A DNA stretch of 56,740 bases, filler included, from Bipalium vagum (lineage: Eukaryota), in the NCBI GenBank assembly GCA_037834085.1. It is 3 parts of 3 records of this genome, joined end to end, with 100 filler letters (N's around TTAATTAATTAA, not from the genome) between each part and the next. Parts side by side here need not be neighbours in the genome. Positions count along the whole stretch, not along the records: positions 23,292 to 39,612 come from JBBMKC010116156.1; positions 39,713 to 56,740 come from JBBMKC010081805.1; 1 more part is not named here. One strand, written 5' to 3'. Both the position numbers and the translations under genes were made by a program. Shown in pieces: positions 25,501 to 39,971 of this stretch (position 1 is the stretch's first letter; the number at the start of each line of letters is the position of its first letter). The notes beneath the pieces were generated by a model, which had not been told where the DNA came from, ran no database searches, and saw only the letters and a program-made list of their open reading frames with translations.

Positions 25501-26986
25501 TTCTATTGACTAATAAATATTATAAAATATCTTTTTCTATACAAACGTAATTAAAAACAAAGATTTATTGTGAATAAAATATACTTAATTTGAGAAGTAG
25601 AAAACAAAAATCGTGGTTTATTATTATTATTATAATTTATTAATGCACCTTTTAAAATGTTAATAAACTGTTATCTTTATAATTTTGTTTGTTTTGTGCA
25701 TTCATGATTGTTACGTTTGATTGATTGTTTAAATTTGACATGTTTTTGTTTTTTCAACATTAACATTTTGATTTTCATTTTTCTCTATTTATTAGAAATT
25801 ATAATAATTTCATTTGTTTTAATTATTCTCAATTGAAAAATAAATATTTCAACAAAAACATTTCTACCACTTCAATCTAAATTAATTCTTCAAAAGTTTC
25901 TTTAAATTATCTTAATATTAAATGACCCTTTTCGTCAAAACGTTACTATCTGTCTTTTTTAATGGTTTTTTATGTCCTAGAAAGATGAAAAAGAATACTT
26001 TTTTGTTACAATAATTTTTAAAATAAATTATTTTTGTGAGGAATCTTTTTTATATTTATTTGTTTATCAAATAAATAATGGTATAAGAAATGAAAAATAA
26101 TTACACTTTGATTTTCATTATTTTTCAACAATTCGTGTATTTTTTGACTATGAGCAATAAACCACATTCATTTAATTTCTCTAACATATGCTCACTTTTT
26201 TCTAAAATCGTTGCAATCGAATGAACGTAATAACCATATTTGAGTTTTAAAATACTTAGTTATATTACTTAAAATATTACTATAATTTAGTTTTCAAACA
26301 ACAAATATCGCCATTTTTAAATACATTTAAACACAACTTTTAAATAATTTTTTTTGTTAATATAATGACAATATAAATAATTTTTTTTCTTTTATCATTA
26401 AAAAATAGGATTTATCAAAAAACGTAAAAAGGCATTTATGTAACGTAATTTAGCCAGCGATACGTTTTAGAAGAGACGCGACATCCTTGAAATACATAAT
26501 AAAAATACGTTTCTACGAAAATGTTGCTGTTTTGTATTTTTTGTACCATTACTTATCCGAAAACACAAAAATTTTCTTTATGCAGAAATTTTTTCTTGTT
26601 TCAGTCTTCTAGAACCATTAGATAACCAAAAACAATAAAACTAAGTGTATTTTTTACCTTTTTCATTTTTTTTATTTAAAAGAACTTTGAGAAATTCGTA
26701 ATGTTACGTCCAACTTGAAAATATCATTACAATTAAAGACATTCGCTTAACTTTTAATATCATACTTTCTAAAGACTGATTTATTATCATATTTTTTCTT
26801 ATTTACTGTTATTCAATCGAAATATATTTTTAAAATTCTATTTTTTCGGAAATAGATTAGAAAAGGTTCCGCCTCTCTGCTTATTGAATTAAAATCATAT
26901 TGTAAAAATCAATTAATTCCAATGGATGGAAAAAATTAAAATTTTGGAATAATATAATTAAGATAAAAAGCAAAACGTTTGTCGGT

Positions 26987-29900
26987 CTAAGCTGACATTT
27001 GACACCCATTTTGTGTTTCGTCAATTCTGTAATTCATGTCGAAATCTGGAGATTTTAAAATATCTTCTGGGTTATATTTTGGCACTTTGTATTGATCAGA
27101 ATATATCCACGGTTTGAAACTTGGATCATTACCCTTTTTCCACTCTGGATAATTAATAGCTGCTCTTGTCAAACGTTTTGTAATTTTCGGAATAACAATC
27201 TCAACCCCTTTATTAATAGCCCAAGCAGGAATGAATCCTAAGTTAAAAAACAGATAAAAGATAATATTGTCTATCTTATATATAACAAGAAATAAATACC
27301 AAGTATATTTTAATATTAAAAAGGAATGATAATTTTTTTATTTTTGCAAATTAAACAGTTTCACCTTTATTTTGATAACGTTATGGTTATTTTTGACATT
27401 GTAAAGGCCTATTTTAACAACATAAAGTTTAAGTTTGACATTGTAAAAGTGTTTATTTCTTGATCTTAAAGATAGGAAACCTGAATAGGCTTTTTTCTTT
27501 AAAAGATCGATCTCTCTTAGCTCTCATGCTTACAATAAAGCCCACTTCGTCAATAAAAAAATAAGTTACTTTCATAATTTTGAGAAGGAAGTTTAATAGA
27601 TTCTTGTGCATAGCTAAATCTTGATAGTATATTGGAATACATAATTTCTTTTTTCTGGAATATCATGTGCTCATTTGAAGGTATAATTAAAATCTGGTAT
27701 AGCATTTTTGATTGTAGTCTTGGAGACCATTACATTGAATTCTTTCAAACATTTCCCAGTAATTTTTGTTAAAGAGATCAAGCAGTCTTCATCAAACCAT
27801 TCTTTAATAACATTTTGCTGTTCAGCTCATAATTTTGTCAAAATTAAACTTAAAATTGTCAAAATAGAGGTGAAAACGGTGTATGATGGAAAAAAAACTT
27901 GTCTATCATTTTATAGTATAAATAGACGAAATTCGTAATTTATTATGAAAATTCGTTTTTATTTCATATTGGGACAAAAATTCAATGGAACAACCACCAA
28001 AAATCAAGTTTTATTATTAATTAGGTACAAGTGCTACAAAACATTATAAATAATTTAAAAGCTTTTGTTTTTATAAAGATGTCTTGAATTCGAAGAAAAT
28101 ATTTAAGTGGTATTTCAGATTTCGGGCTGGAAGAGAGAGCCGTCGCCTGGACTCTGCAATGATCTAACGATCTAAAGAATATTGAAAAGGTATGATTCTT
28201 ATCAGATTTTTTAAATTTACCAGACTCACTGAGAAAATCACAAATATTCCGGGACAATTTTTTGAGAAATGGTTACCTTTTCCTTAGAAATATTTCATAC
28301 ATTTTATATATTACATTTAAAAGTAAAGGTCATCGAAGAATCTAAATTCATTTTTCAATTTGTATCACGTTGAATCGGAAATTTCGTTTTTCTTTAACAA
28401 GAATATTTATAACAACAAGCTTAATATAAATTAGTCCAATAGGTATTTTCCACTATTATCAAATTATTTGCCAACCTAATGAATGGATATTTTTATCAAA
28501 GAATTCAACTGGTTGCAACTCGAAAAATTTGAAAATCCTATTTTTGATTTCGTCTTGCTTTTACAACATTTCTCACCCGATAAGTGCTCCATCGACAAAA
28601 TAAATGATAATTAGTTGCCTAATTCAGCACTTCTTGTTGTGACTTTTGAAACATGAGAAGCATTGTCATAGATGAATTTTGCTTTGTTGTATTCCTATTC
28701 TGGTTCATTAAACTCAGTTGTTATCAATAGAGATCAGAATTGACAGTCTGGCCCAATTCTAGCACTTCAAAGCATACCAATCTGTTAGTATTATATCAAA
28801 AGCAAAGCAAGTTCTTTTTTATAATGATCATCTAGATTTAGTGCTATTTTTAGAAGATTTCCATGTTCCGCGTCTTGAAGACTTTCATCGCCTTATCGAA
28901 AACTTTGTTACCACCACTGGCACTGAAGCACGATACCAAGAAATTCTTTTGTAATTTTTACTTGTTTATAGTCATATAGGAGATACGTCCGTATACGATA
29001 TTTTTGCTCAATCAAAATTTAAAATGTTTTTTACGTTTTAAAAATCAATTAAATATTGGGATATTATAACAAAAATTTCACCAGATTGTGCCCTTCGAAA
29101 TGAATATTAAAACAATAACCAAGATATTATTATGAAGGAATAAACTGAATTGATGTTAGCAAAATTTCCAATTTAACAACTTGTTTTTGAAAACAAAAAT
29201 TATTTTTTTGTCATTATCAAGGATATGTTTTACATAACCTTATAAACTATTTTTAATTAATTTGATCCACTGTTTTTGACTATTTATATATGACAATGGA
29301 GTACCTTCTAAATTTAAGAACGTATGCTTATGAAATCTTAACTCTAACAAACTATTTTATGTTTTTTAGCTTTTAAGTTAAGAGGACGCATATTTTGTTA
29401 AACTCAACGGGAAATAAAAATAAAATTACATTATCAGAGTAATACAAACTTTTATTTGATTAGGAATATAAATATTGTAACTATAATTATTACGTCTCAT
29501 AATGTATGCAATAATTTATTGGAAAAACGTAATTCTCATATAAATAACCTGACTGAAAATGTTACATTCGGAAATTTAACAGATATTATAGATTATTTTA
29601 TTAAGAAATCAATAAAAATCAATATTGGAAAATCAAGATTAATAAATAAGGGAAAAATTTCTAATATGATTTAACCATATTTTTAAAATATGAAGTAATA
29701 TTAAAAATATAACAAAATATATATTATTATAATTAAGAGTTTTTTGATACCATGGCAAATTTACTTTAAAAAATATATATATATAATATAATATAATATT
29801 TTAATAATAATAAATATTTAAAATAAATTAATTAGATTAAGTTAAATTTTTAAAATTTAAATTTCGTAAGTATAATTAGTATAATTGAAAAACGTCTTTC

Positions 29901-32900
29901 GGTTTGAATTGAAGTGGAAGTACATTTCATGATATTGGATTATTGTGTTCAATTTTACTTGTTATGATAACAGAAATTAAAATATAAAAAATTATTTCTA
30001 AATAACGTAATAAATATTTATAATAAATTATTATTAATATATCAATAATTATGACTTGCTATTATTTAAAATTGTAACTTTTAAAATTAATTATTTAAAC
30101 AAATTTGCATTTATAATTTACATTTTTGTGCATTTAATTATAATGCAAAAAGTGCAATAAAATGCAAAAACGCGTTTGGTTGCCCTAATAATTACGATGA
30201 ATAAATGATGATTTATTAAAAAAATTTTAATGAAAAACCTTATTTACTTAATAAAATTGAGATTATAAAATAATAGTGGTTGATTAACTGATAAAAAGTT
30301 CAAAACATGTTTAATTCAGTTATTTAAAAAGGTTCGTTTTAAAAGTAAAAGTAAAAACATGTAAAATATAAATTCAGTTAATAAATTTAATAAATAAAAA
30401 TTAAAAAAAATCCCACAGTCTGATAGTTTTATTTAATTGAAAATTCCTTAAAAAATAAATTCTATTTGATATTATAAATCAATTAAATTTTAATGAAAAT
30501 CTTAGAAAAATCGAAATTTTTTCATTGTACACTTTTTGAATGGCTAATTTTATGTTTTATTTTATAACTTTAATAATTATAATATTTTTATAATATAAGA
30601 TATACTAATTTTAAAAACAAATAAAACTTAGAAAAATATCATCAATATCAATTTTTCTTTTCAAAATGTTTTTGTAAGTCATTTTATTTATTATTCTCGT
30701 TAATTATTTTTGTTGTTAAATTATTAAAAGTATTTTTTGAAATGTTAATATAGCAAAAATGAACATCAATCAAATCGTTATTTAATAATTATTCAATTGT
30801 CAATTATCAAATCAATTAGGTTGCCATGGTATAGGTGTAAAAATTATTCTTATGTAAAAAACTTACCCATTTAATATTAAAAACAGTCAATTATTACCTC
30901 TGGGATCGCTCTGCGTCAGGTATGTAAACTCGGATACTTTATCATTTATTTTTTTGATGAGATATCCTGTGACATATGAAACCCCTCGGACAAAATCCTT
31001 TTTTGGCGGAAATTTCTGATTACAGAATTCTTTAAAAAGTACATGAATTATGAAGCTTACTACCTTGTGAAATACTGAGTGGTTGAAAATAAAGAACTCG
31101 TCATCTTTGACTCTCCAGCACCTTTGAGTCACAAAATCTCGATTTTGAAATAAAAATGGAGATTTTACTAAACAAATAAATTTTTATTAGTATCAATATT
31201 TTATGGAAATTAACAAGGGGTCTGATTTTGATGTTTTATTTTTCAACTGATAATGCTTTAGGATAATAATACAAGCGTTGCAATAAATTTTGAGAATTTC
31301 TCATTTTAATTTGAGACATTTGGTTATTTGTTTTATTTTAGAGACTTTTTTTTGAAAATAATAAAAATATATTTGGTAAAGAGGAACCAAAATGCGTCAG
31401 GAAATAATTATGTAATAAATTTTTATTCTAAAAAAGATCTATGAAAAAATAGCGGATGAAATGAAAAACCAGGACATTGGTATGACCTAGAAAGCAACTA
31501 CAGACGAACGAGTCGAGATAGGGAATATTCTAAACATAAATTCTAAATGTTATTATTAACGAGTTGTAAAAAAAGGAAAGATAAAAGCATTTCTAAGAAT
31601 TGGAAAAAATGAAAAAATCTGACAGAAGAAAATGTTAAATTGATGAAATCTTCCGTTGATGAGGTACTCTGTAGCACTTAAAGCGTTAAAATATTGATTG
31701 TTTCATAAATTCAGAATTGATTTTGTAAAATCCAATACAGAGACTTAAGAATACCAAGAAGAGAGTTTTCCATAATAATACGAATACCGCAATAATTCTT
31801 CATTTACGTTGTTTTCTTAATCCTTCACTTAAAAACCAATTATGGAGAGCATTCTTAGTTTCTGGTATTTTAACGTTAAGTCTTTTGATGCTCTTTGGTG
31901 CTAAATAATTATCTTTGACAAATGATACATCTCATCTTTTTAAAATAATCTTTCATATTGTACTTTTATTACATTTATAATCTTCTCAAATGAGTTTTAT
32001 TGATTCACCTTTCTCAATTTTATTATTAATTTTCTAGATTTTTTTAGAAAATTTAATTTCTGTTTCTTGTTATTCATCACTAAGCTAAAATCAATATTTT
32101 ATTAAGCGAATTATAATTAGTTACTTTCAATTTATTAAGAATACTTTACATTAAATTTTTAACGTAAACAAATTAAAACAAGTGTTACATTTTACGAGGA
32201 TTAACTGTAATACGAAAAATAATAGTAAAAATGAACAAGTTAAAAAGAGGTTATACTAAATGAAGTAAGTGAGAGATTTTTAATAAAAAGATAAAAAAAT
32301 ATAAATTTCCGATTAAAATATGCTTAAAATTCATTCACCAATAAAAAAGCCTAAATAACAATATTTATTAATATGGTTCCATAGGATTATTATTTATTCA
32401 GGTCTCTTCAACATCATCTGGCTGGTTCTCAGTTCAAAAAGATTGAATATGTCAAAAAATCGATCTTAAATTAAACTGAATCAAAATCGCCATCATTTTT
32501 CGGGACAGGTATTCGCCAGCTATTTGAAAAATGTGTGAATGCATCGACAATAATGGAGATTATTTCACAGAATAATTAATAGTTAGTGTCACTTTGGAGC
32601 CATTTATTAAATAGGCACCGTTTCAATTTGTAGACCTAATATATGTTGTAGAAATTTTTATTTTATCAATCTTTTGATATGTGATTTTATTAAAAATAGG
32701 TACCTTTTCAATTTATGAACCTAATAATTTTGTTTAAATTAGAACTTAATTATTATTTAGGAAAATAATAAAATTGAAATTAACTTTAATTTGTTCCTCA
32801 AATTTATGAAATTTCAAAAATATAAACGGTGAAAAATAAATAAAACGGCAAATCTTTAACATATTTTCATTAATTTGCAGAAAAGGTTTTAGTATCAATT

Positions 32901-35900
32901 TTTTGTTAGTTTTAAACTGAATATAAGACTTGTTGGAAATTGTGAGAAAATAAGATGTGAATCTAGTTTCATAAGTTGGTGTCCGTCAATTTTTGATCGA
33001 CTGCAGGTGCAGTTGTTGATTCAGAGAAGTAGCGAGGAAGAAGATTTCTTGTTTAAATGACAGGAGTGAAAAAATTGATTTAAATTTGAAAGGAAAAGAA
33101 TATATTCTTTATTCTTAAGGCTAAATATATCAAAAAGAAATATTTTTTTTAATAAATTGTTTAAATAAAATGAAATAATTGAAATATATATTACAGTAAA
33201 ATTATTGTGAGAAATAATTTTATAAAATCGAGATCCCTAAGATAACAGTTAATAATTCAAATTCTGACTTAAGAACATTTAGAGGTCCGAAGTTTTTAAA
33301 GAATTTGTTTATCGAAAATTTTTTTAATTTTAAATTGATGAAGGTCAAAGCATAAATACCATTATTAATATATATACGATCTTTTAAAAAAAATGATATT
33401 AAACTTTATTATAAAGACATTAATTACAACGTTGAAAATTTGTTTACATTGTTTGAAATTACAGCCATTGAGGTTATCTGAGAAATAAAAGACCTGGTAT
33501 ATAAGACAAGTATATCTTGACCTACCAAGAAAGATTGAGTTCTCGATGAAATTTCATGGCATGTCAAGAAAAATGTTTAAACTTTTTTCTTAAAAGTCAT
33601 AAATGGTATGTTAACTTCAAACGAAGAAGTAAATCTTAATTTTCCATTTGAAATCACTTACTAAAATCTTTCAAAGCTTTAATTACAAAAATAAAGTCAA
33701 TTTTAATCCTTTTCCAAAAAATAAAGTTTAGCCTTAGCTTTTCAATCCTTATGCGATTAGAACATATTCATGATGGAAACTGTATTTGGTAGTACTGTCC
33801 TGAGCTATAAAAAAGAAACAGTAACATTGAAATGAAGTAAATAAAATCTATTTATAAACATCGATTTCTTGTTATAATCAATTAACATTTTTTCTGATTG
33901 TACAAATAAAATCAATTCAAATAGAACATTGTTCTCATCTAACAACTTTGTAACACGTGCGAAGAAATTTGAGAGATTTCAGATTTTACTGTTTCCGATT
34001 TCAAAAAGTGGGAAGATAACAAAGAAGACTACACATTTTCAAGAAAACAATACCGGACTCGATCTAATAGTAATACCAATAATCATAGAAGATTAATGGC
34101 AAATAGATTGATTGCTAACATTTAAGCACTCGATGACATGAAAAATAAATTTAAGGCCTTTACAAAACATAGTTTTCACATAATTTTTAAAAATGTTAGA
34201 AAGAGAAAGGCATTCAAGAGAATCTTCTCAGTTCATCTGGTCAGATCGTAAAATTAAAAATAATAATAAAATAAGATAGAGATATAATCTAATCGCCAAA
34301 ACTGATAGAGGGTTATTCAAAATAAAAAATACTTCTTGGTTATTTTTCGCAAAAGTTATGATTTTCTAAGATATATTCAAGTGAGTCATAAGTTAGGTCG
34401 TTTTCTATAAGATAGTTAAAAACGAAATAAAAGCTAGAAATTTTTTTTTATTAATTCTCAAAGTAATGTACATTATATTCAAGGGTCTTAAGCCATCAGT
34501 TTTTCCATTCCGTGATGATACCAATCCCTCTCTTTGGAGACGAAAAACGTTTCGACATCCCGTTCCAAATATTAAAAATAAAATATTAAATTACATTTAT
34601 TAAACATAATTTCATTTACGTTGTGATAGAATATTAAATTACCTACAATATAAATTTTTAAATCAATAAATTCAAATATTATTATCAATATAATAAATTA
34701 TTTTGAAATAGTTAAATAAAACACGACATTACTTATGACTCAGACTAAGATATTGTATAATGGCCAATAGTTGTTTCAGAAGCTTAATATCTGGAAATTT
34801 TACGGACAATTATTATTAAAAATACAAAAAATATAACGAATGAATGAACTTGACTTTCAAAAAGTATGACTTCAGTGCTTTGTAGCTCTACCAGTTTTAA
34901 ATAAATGTTAATTTCATTAAATAAGCTAATAATTAATGAGAAGCTTATCTCTATTTTTAAAATCCTTTCATTACTCCAGAAAAAGTATTACCGACTTTTT
35001 TCTTTTGATTTTTAAGAATATTTAAAATGACAGTGCAATATCGCACCTTGTATAATAGACATAAAAATAATATTTTTGTGAAAACCCCAATGATTTATTT
35101 TTTGGATAAGGGTTTTTGTTCTATCAATATTATTATAAGAACATTTGTAAAAATGTTGTGTTTGTTATCGAGTTCGACCTTAAAATATGAAACCTCCGTC
35201 CGAAAATATAACTTGAAACGGTTACAAATAAAAACTAATTCGGAGAATAAGTTAAAAACCATTTTTTATATTAATAAAAGAGCATTTCTTTAGTAGTCAG
35301 AAAAATGATACATATTATTAAAAAAAATAAAATTGTTTAAATTGAATATTAACATTACACAAAGATAAATAAAAATCATCAAATATCGTTACCTAAAGTA
35401 AATTTGCACACTTTAAACAAATGAATTTCAGCATATTTTAAATGCCAAAGTTTTATTTAATTGTTTTAATATAATAAATAATATTTTCATTACTTTTAAG
35501 ATTATTTATAAATCTCTGAATTGATTTACGACAGTTTCACTATATCAGTCATTGGATAATTGATTAACGCACAATTTTATAAGAAATATTTTATCTTAAA
35601 AAATAAAGTTAAAATATATTAATATTTTCATAATAGAAATTTATAAGTACTAGAAAAAATTATGTTTGAGACCCAGTCTATATTGATTTAAAGGTAAACT
35701 TTGTTCGGTTTTTTAAAGAATAAAGTGTACAAAAAGGATCGAAATGAATGTATTTTTTAACTAATATAATTTTATTCGAGGTAAGGAGTTTTTATTGGTA
35801 TTTCGTCAGCTAATGTCCCATAATATTGTGTAAAACTTTTTTTTAATACTAAAGACATTTTCTCTGCACCTGGTCAATAGACTATTTTAAAAGATCCACA

Positions 35901-36953
35901 TTATTTTTACACAAACTAAAACGTTAAAATTTTTTTAAAACAAAAAACAGCTTTTACTTTATGAGTATATTTTGTCTGTGGTTTTACTATTTAAGTTAAG
36001 CAGAATTTATTATTTAACTTGATGGTAATGAAAAGTACCTATTTATATTGTGTATATGATCCAGTTAATGAGTCAATATCAGAAAGTTAACGTCATCATA
36101 TATTTAGATCTTAAAGATAAATAATAATACTTATTATTAGAAACAAATTCAATATAATAAAGTAAATTAGGCCATTTTATTGTAAATAACAAATATGGAA
36201 ACGAAACAAATTAAAAAAAATTGGGAAAATCAATAAATAATTTAATTATTTTTTATTATAAAAATCTCTAATAATTAAAATTTAATATACATCATAATTT
36301 ATTATTACTATTTCTTCTTCTTTTATTATTATTATTATTATTTTATTTTTTTCTGTTTTATTACGTCAACAGAAATCAATAATAGATAGAATCTAACTTT
36401 TTATTTATTATTAATATTATATAAAACTATAAAGACCACATTTTTGAAATAGCTATTCTATTTCATTAATACTTTATTTATTATCATCGTCATTTCTATT
36501 TCACCATTTCTGATTCATTACTTAATTAACCTTGACATTAATAATTACTTATTATTGATTTAAGTACAAAATTTATAACAATTTTGCATATAGATTGCTT
36601 ACAAGCATAGTAAGTAATATCGCTGCAATTTGATACCAATCCGATTTGAAAACCCTCTAACATATTTTTGTCCCACAATTTTCGGTATTCTTCATCGTGT
36701 AACGTATCGTAAAGAACTTCAGCCTCTACATTGAATCTTGAGGTAGTCTTAATTTAGATAATTAATAAAGTAAAAATGGAAAATGAGTTACTTTAATGAT
36801 TTTAAAATCGCTGTAAACGGTATTTTTAACTGCAATAAAAATATTATTTTTATTGTACTTGATTTCCCAATTAGACGTATCCTTGAAAAGTTTCAGGGCT
36901 TTCTCAAAAACATCCTCTGTTGGGGTTAAAATATCACCTAGGTTTAGAGTCAT
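26987..36953 (-). CDS. STARD10: START-domain lipid transfer protein, STARD10/PCTP-like
   Basis: Exons 36953-36792, 36747-36603, 31167-31064, 31015-30898 and 27237-26987, all GT-AG with compatible phases. The translation includes [79 protein letters not shown] and YPEWKKGNDPSFKPWI, which align to STARD10. Confidence 0.92.
27480..27835 (-). mobile_element. IS630/Tc1-like (DDE_3) transposase fragment in STARD10 intron 4
   Basis: Reads IKEWFDEDCLISL..KCLKEFNVMVSKTTI..FNYTFK..PEKRN..FFIDEVGFIVSMR. Confidence 0.75.
28000..29000. mobile_element. Two decayed mariner fragments (+ at ~28050-28280; - at ~28440-29000)
   Basis: The plus strand gives KIFKWYFRFRAGRES. The minus strand gives FR*GDESLQDAEHG and YDNASH. 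Confidence 0.55.
31780..32207 (-). mobile_element. Tigger/pogo 5' fragment in STARD10 intron 2
   Basis: Terminus TA-CAGTTAATCCTCG and CENP-B-like helix-turn-helix remnants KIEKGESIKLI*EDYKCNKSTI and NALHNWFL. Confidence 0.7.
32370..32727 (+). mobile_element. Mariner 3' fragment with a duplicated TIR
   Basis: Reads DYYLFRSLQHHLAGSQFKKIEYVK, then two related ends GGCACCGTTTCAATTTGTAGACCTAATA and GGTACCTTTTCAATTTATGAACCTAATA. Confidence 0.7.
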
Positions 36954-39612
36954 AGTTCAAATTTTACTCAGTATTAAGTAGCTTTAATTCATTTAAATAA
37001 ACAAAGCAAGTATTATATTCAAAATTTTAGTGAAAGTAAATAAAAAAAAATAAAAAATACGTTTAAAAATACGTAGCGTATTTATTTTTCATTTTAAAAT
37101 ATTTATTTCTCAAAATTTTTTAGAGTACAAATTTGAAAAAATATACCAGAGTAATTTTATTTTAATATATTAAATGAATTTTTAAAATTTGCTTAGCTAA
37201 GTGAACTTTATGAGAAAATACTGAAATATATCAAATTCCTACGGAGAATAATTTATTTTATATCAGAAAATTAAAATGTTAAAGTTTTAAAATGATAAAA
37301 TGAAAATAAAAATCGCGAATAATTATTATTCGTTGATAATGGAATAATAAATATTATGTTAAAATCTTTTTTATGAAGGAAGATTAATCATTGTTATAAC
37401 ATTTAATATTGAGATTATGTAAATGAATATTAAGTGACACATTATTATCGTTTGTTTAAATTATATAAATATATAACTTTAACTAGGGCAGTATTAAAAA
37501 TATAACGTTTAAATGAAATAGGAATATTTTTACGCATCATTTTTTTTATTAAATTCGTGTTAATAAATATTTATTTACTGCTATTTAAAATTCTGTATAA
37601 ATTCATATTACAGATTCTAATACACACAATTAAAGGATTTATTGAACTTTTTTATTACATTGAAAAATTTAGTCAAAACTGTAAAACAAGGAAATGGTTT
37701 ATATTTTAACCCTTATGAAAAAACTAAATATCTTTCTAAAACTAAATCATAAAATACTCTCTGTTTAAAATAACAAAAACCCATCCTTTTTTAATTTTTC
37801 AGTAAATATGGAATTAATACAACTGCAAAATTCTGATTTAATAATATTGCTGAAGATTTAGGTATGCTTTTAAAATTTTCAATGAAAGATGAGATTACTA
37901 AAAAAGAATAAAATCACGAAAACATTATTTTATTATTAATTTTCAAAATACAAATTAAAAATGAGTTCATTGGGTTTGTGGTGACTCCCATCAATAACAA
38001 CAGCAGCAAACCCTTCATCCTCTAAGCCAAGGAAATCAAGAGAGTAACAATAAACATTTGAAATATATTTGTGATCTCAATTTTATTGAAAATTCATTTT
38101 GGTATTAAAAAAACATTTGTTTGTGTTTATGAACATGTGTATATAATTACATTTTATATGATTTTATAATTTTTAGTTGGTGACTGTTTTCTTGTAAATA
38201 TAAATTATAAGGTTGCCATTGATGGATTATTAGATTTAAAACAAATAATAAAAACAAAATAAATAAATAAAATATTTTAATTTGTTTAAATTGTAAAAAA
38301 ATAAATAAAACTGTAAATATATTAATACAATATATATGGAAAAATTCTATTTACGAAAAATAAAAAATATGTAAAATAAATTTCTAAAAATAAAAAAATG
38401 GTATAAAAAATTAAAATGTTATAAAAATATAATAAATAATATATAGATAGTAAATAATAATAATTAATAGTAATTTTAAAGTTAATTAAAATAATATAAG
38501 TCCTGATAATTAATCAAACGGGTTCATAGCAAAATTGACGACTAAGAAATTAATCATTCGAATAAATTACAAGACTTTATCAAAGCCATTTATTAGCCAC
38601 TACAGACGATATTTATCAACTGCAAACGGCGTTCAATCAAAGTTATGTAGAGACTCCAAGACCCGGTCCTATATTCAATCCAAAATTCAATTTCAAGTTC
38701 TCGAAAAAAAATGAAAATTTTGTGATTTTAAAAAAATTCTAGTATTTTAGTGTTTTTTATATTTATGTTTTTGTGTTGTATAAAAATATAATTTTATTTT
38801 TGTATAAATATAATTTTTATTTTCATGTAAGAGATAAAACCAGAAGTTTAATTAATTATCCTTCCTACCTGTCTAAAATATAAAATATAAAATTATAGTA
38901 AAAATAATAAAATAATATATAAAATTCAAAAATTATTATTATAATTCTAATTAATTAAAAAATCAATCATTTTGATGATTAATTTAGAAAATATTTGGAA
39001 AAAATTGTTTAGTAACATAAAGTTACTATAATTAAAAATACAAGAAAATAAAATAATATAAATACTGAAGTATTTCAGTATCAAAACACAAAAAAGATAC
39101 AAAATAAAAGCGAACAAGAGTTCTAAAGAATAACTCAGTCAGGAAGAGCAAGCGGACTAAAACCAACTATTAATATTCGAATTAATCAGAAGGGCGCAAT
39201 AGACGCAAATAAACCCGAAAACGCAGATAGCCAGAGGAAAGCAGCAGACTCTAAACCCAGAACAAATAATGAACTATTAAACCATTCGTCTCGGTGACCA
39301 GCTTCAAAGAGAATTCTTCAATAATTAGTAAATTATTTTTATTTGATAAGTTTATTATATTTGATTACAAGAATAAATAAACTTTTATTATTAGATAAAC
39401 AAATATAAAATAATTTTTGGTTTCACACTGTTCGCAGATGAACCGATACCTAAATAAAAAATAGTAATTAAAAACAAAATTAAAAACTATAATTCGATTA
39501 CGAATTATAAGTTATTAATTTAATTAAATAAATATTAAGGATTGGACAGCTACTCCAATACCTTAGGATCAAATAATTGTTATCTTTTTTCTTATTTCCC
39601 AGTATTTTCTTT

Positions 39613-39712
39613 NNNNNNNNNNNNNNNNNNNNNNNNNNNNNNNNNNNNNNNNNNNNTTAATTAATTAANNNNNNNNNNNNNNNNNNNNNNNNNNNNNNNN
39701 NNNNNNNNNNNN
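39613..39712. other. Assembly gap linker (artificial)
   Basis: N44-TTAATTAATTAA-N44, the same structure as the first linker. Confidence 0.97.
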
Positions 39713-39971
39713 ATTATTACACAAACAAGTAGAACATTCAAATATCTCTTTAATTCTGTGATGAAATAAACGGAAAGTTTGATTGGACAATATTCTAATG
39801 AAAAATAAAATCATAATCCGTTTTATATAACATCTTAAGCTACTGGTATACTATCAGTAGTCAGTATACCTTTTATCAGTGTACAATTTTAACTAACCAT
39901 ATACATACAAAAATCACTCAATGCTTCATGTGATGGAATATTAATATTTGTCATATTTATTATTAAGTGTA

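Noticed and set aside
33450-34300. Faint non-LTR C-terminal-like words (FMACQE, LIVIPIII)
   Set aside because: Too degraded to support by eye; it would need a TBLASTN or HMM search.
39100-39450. LTR-like segment ending TTTCACA followed by a possible primer-binding site
   Set aside because: The following sequence does not begin TGG, no 5' boundary is evident, and the gap hides downstream sequence.
39845-39870. Small hairpin GGTATACT-N10-AGTATACC as a Helitron end or terminator
   Set aside because: Only an 8-bp stem and no CTRR terminus at the expected distance.
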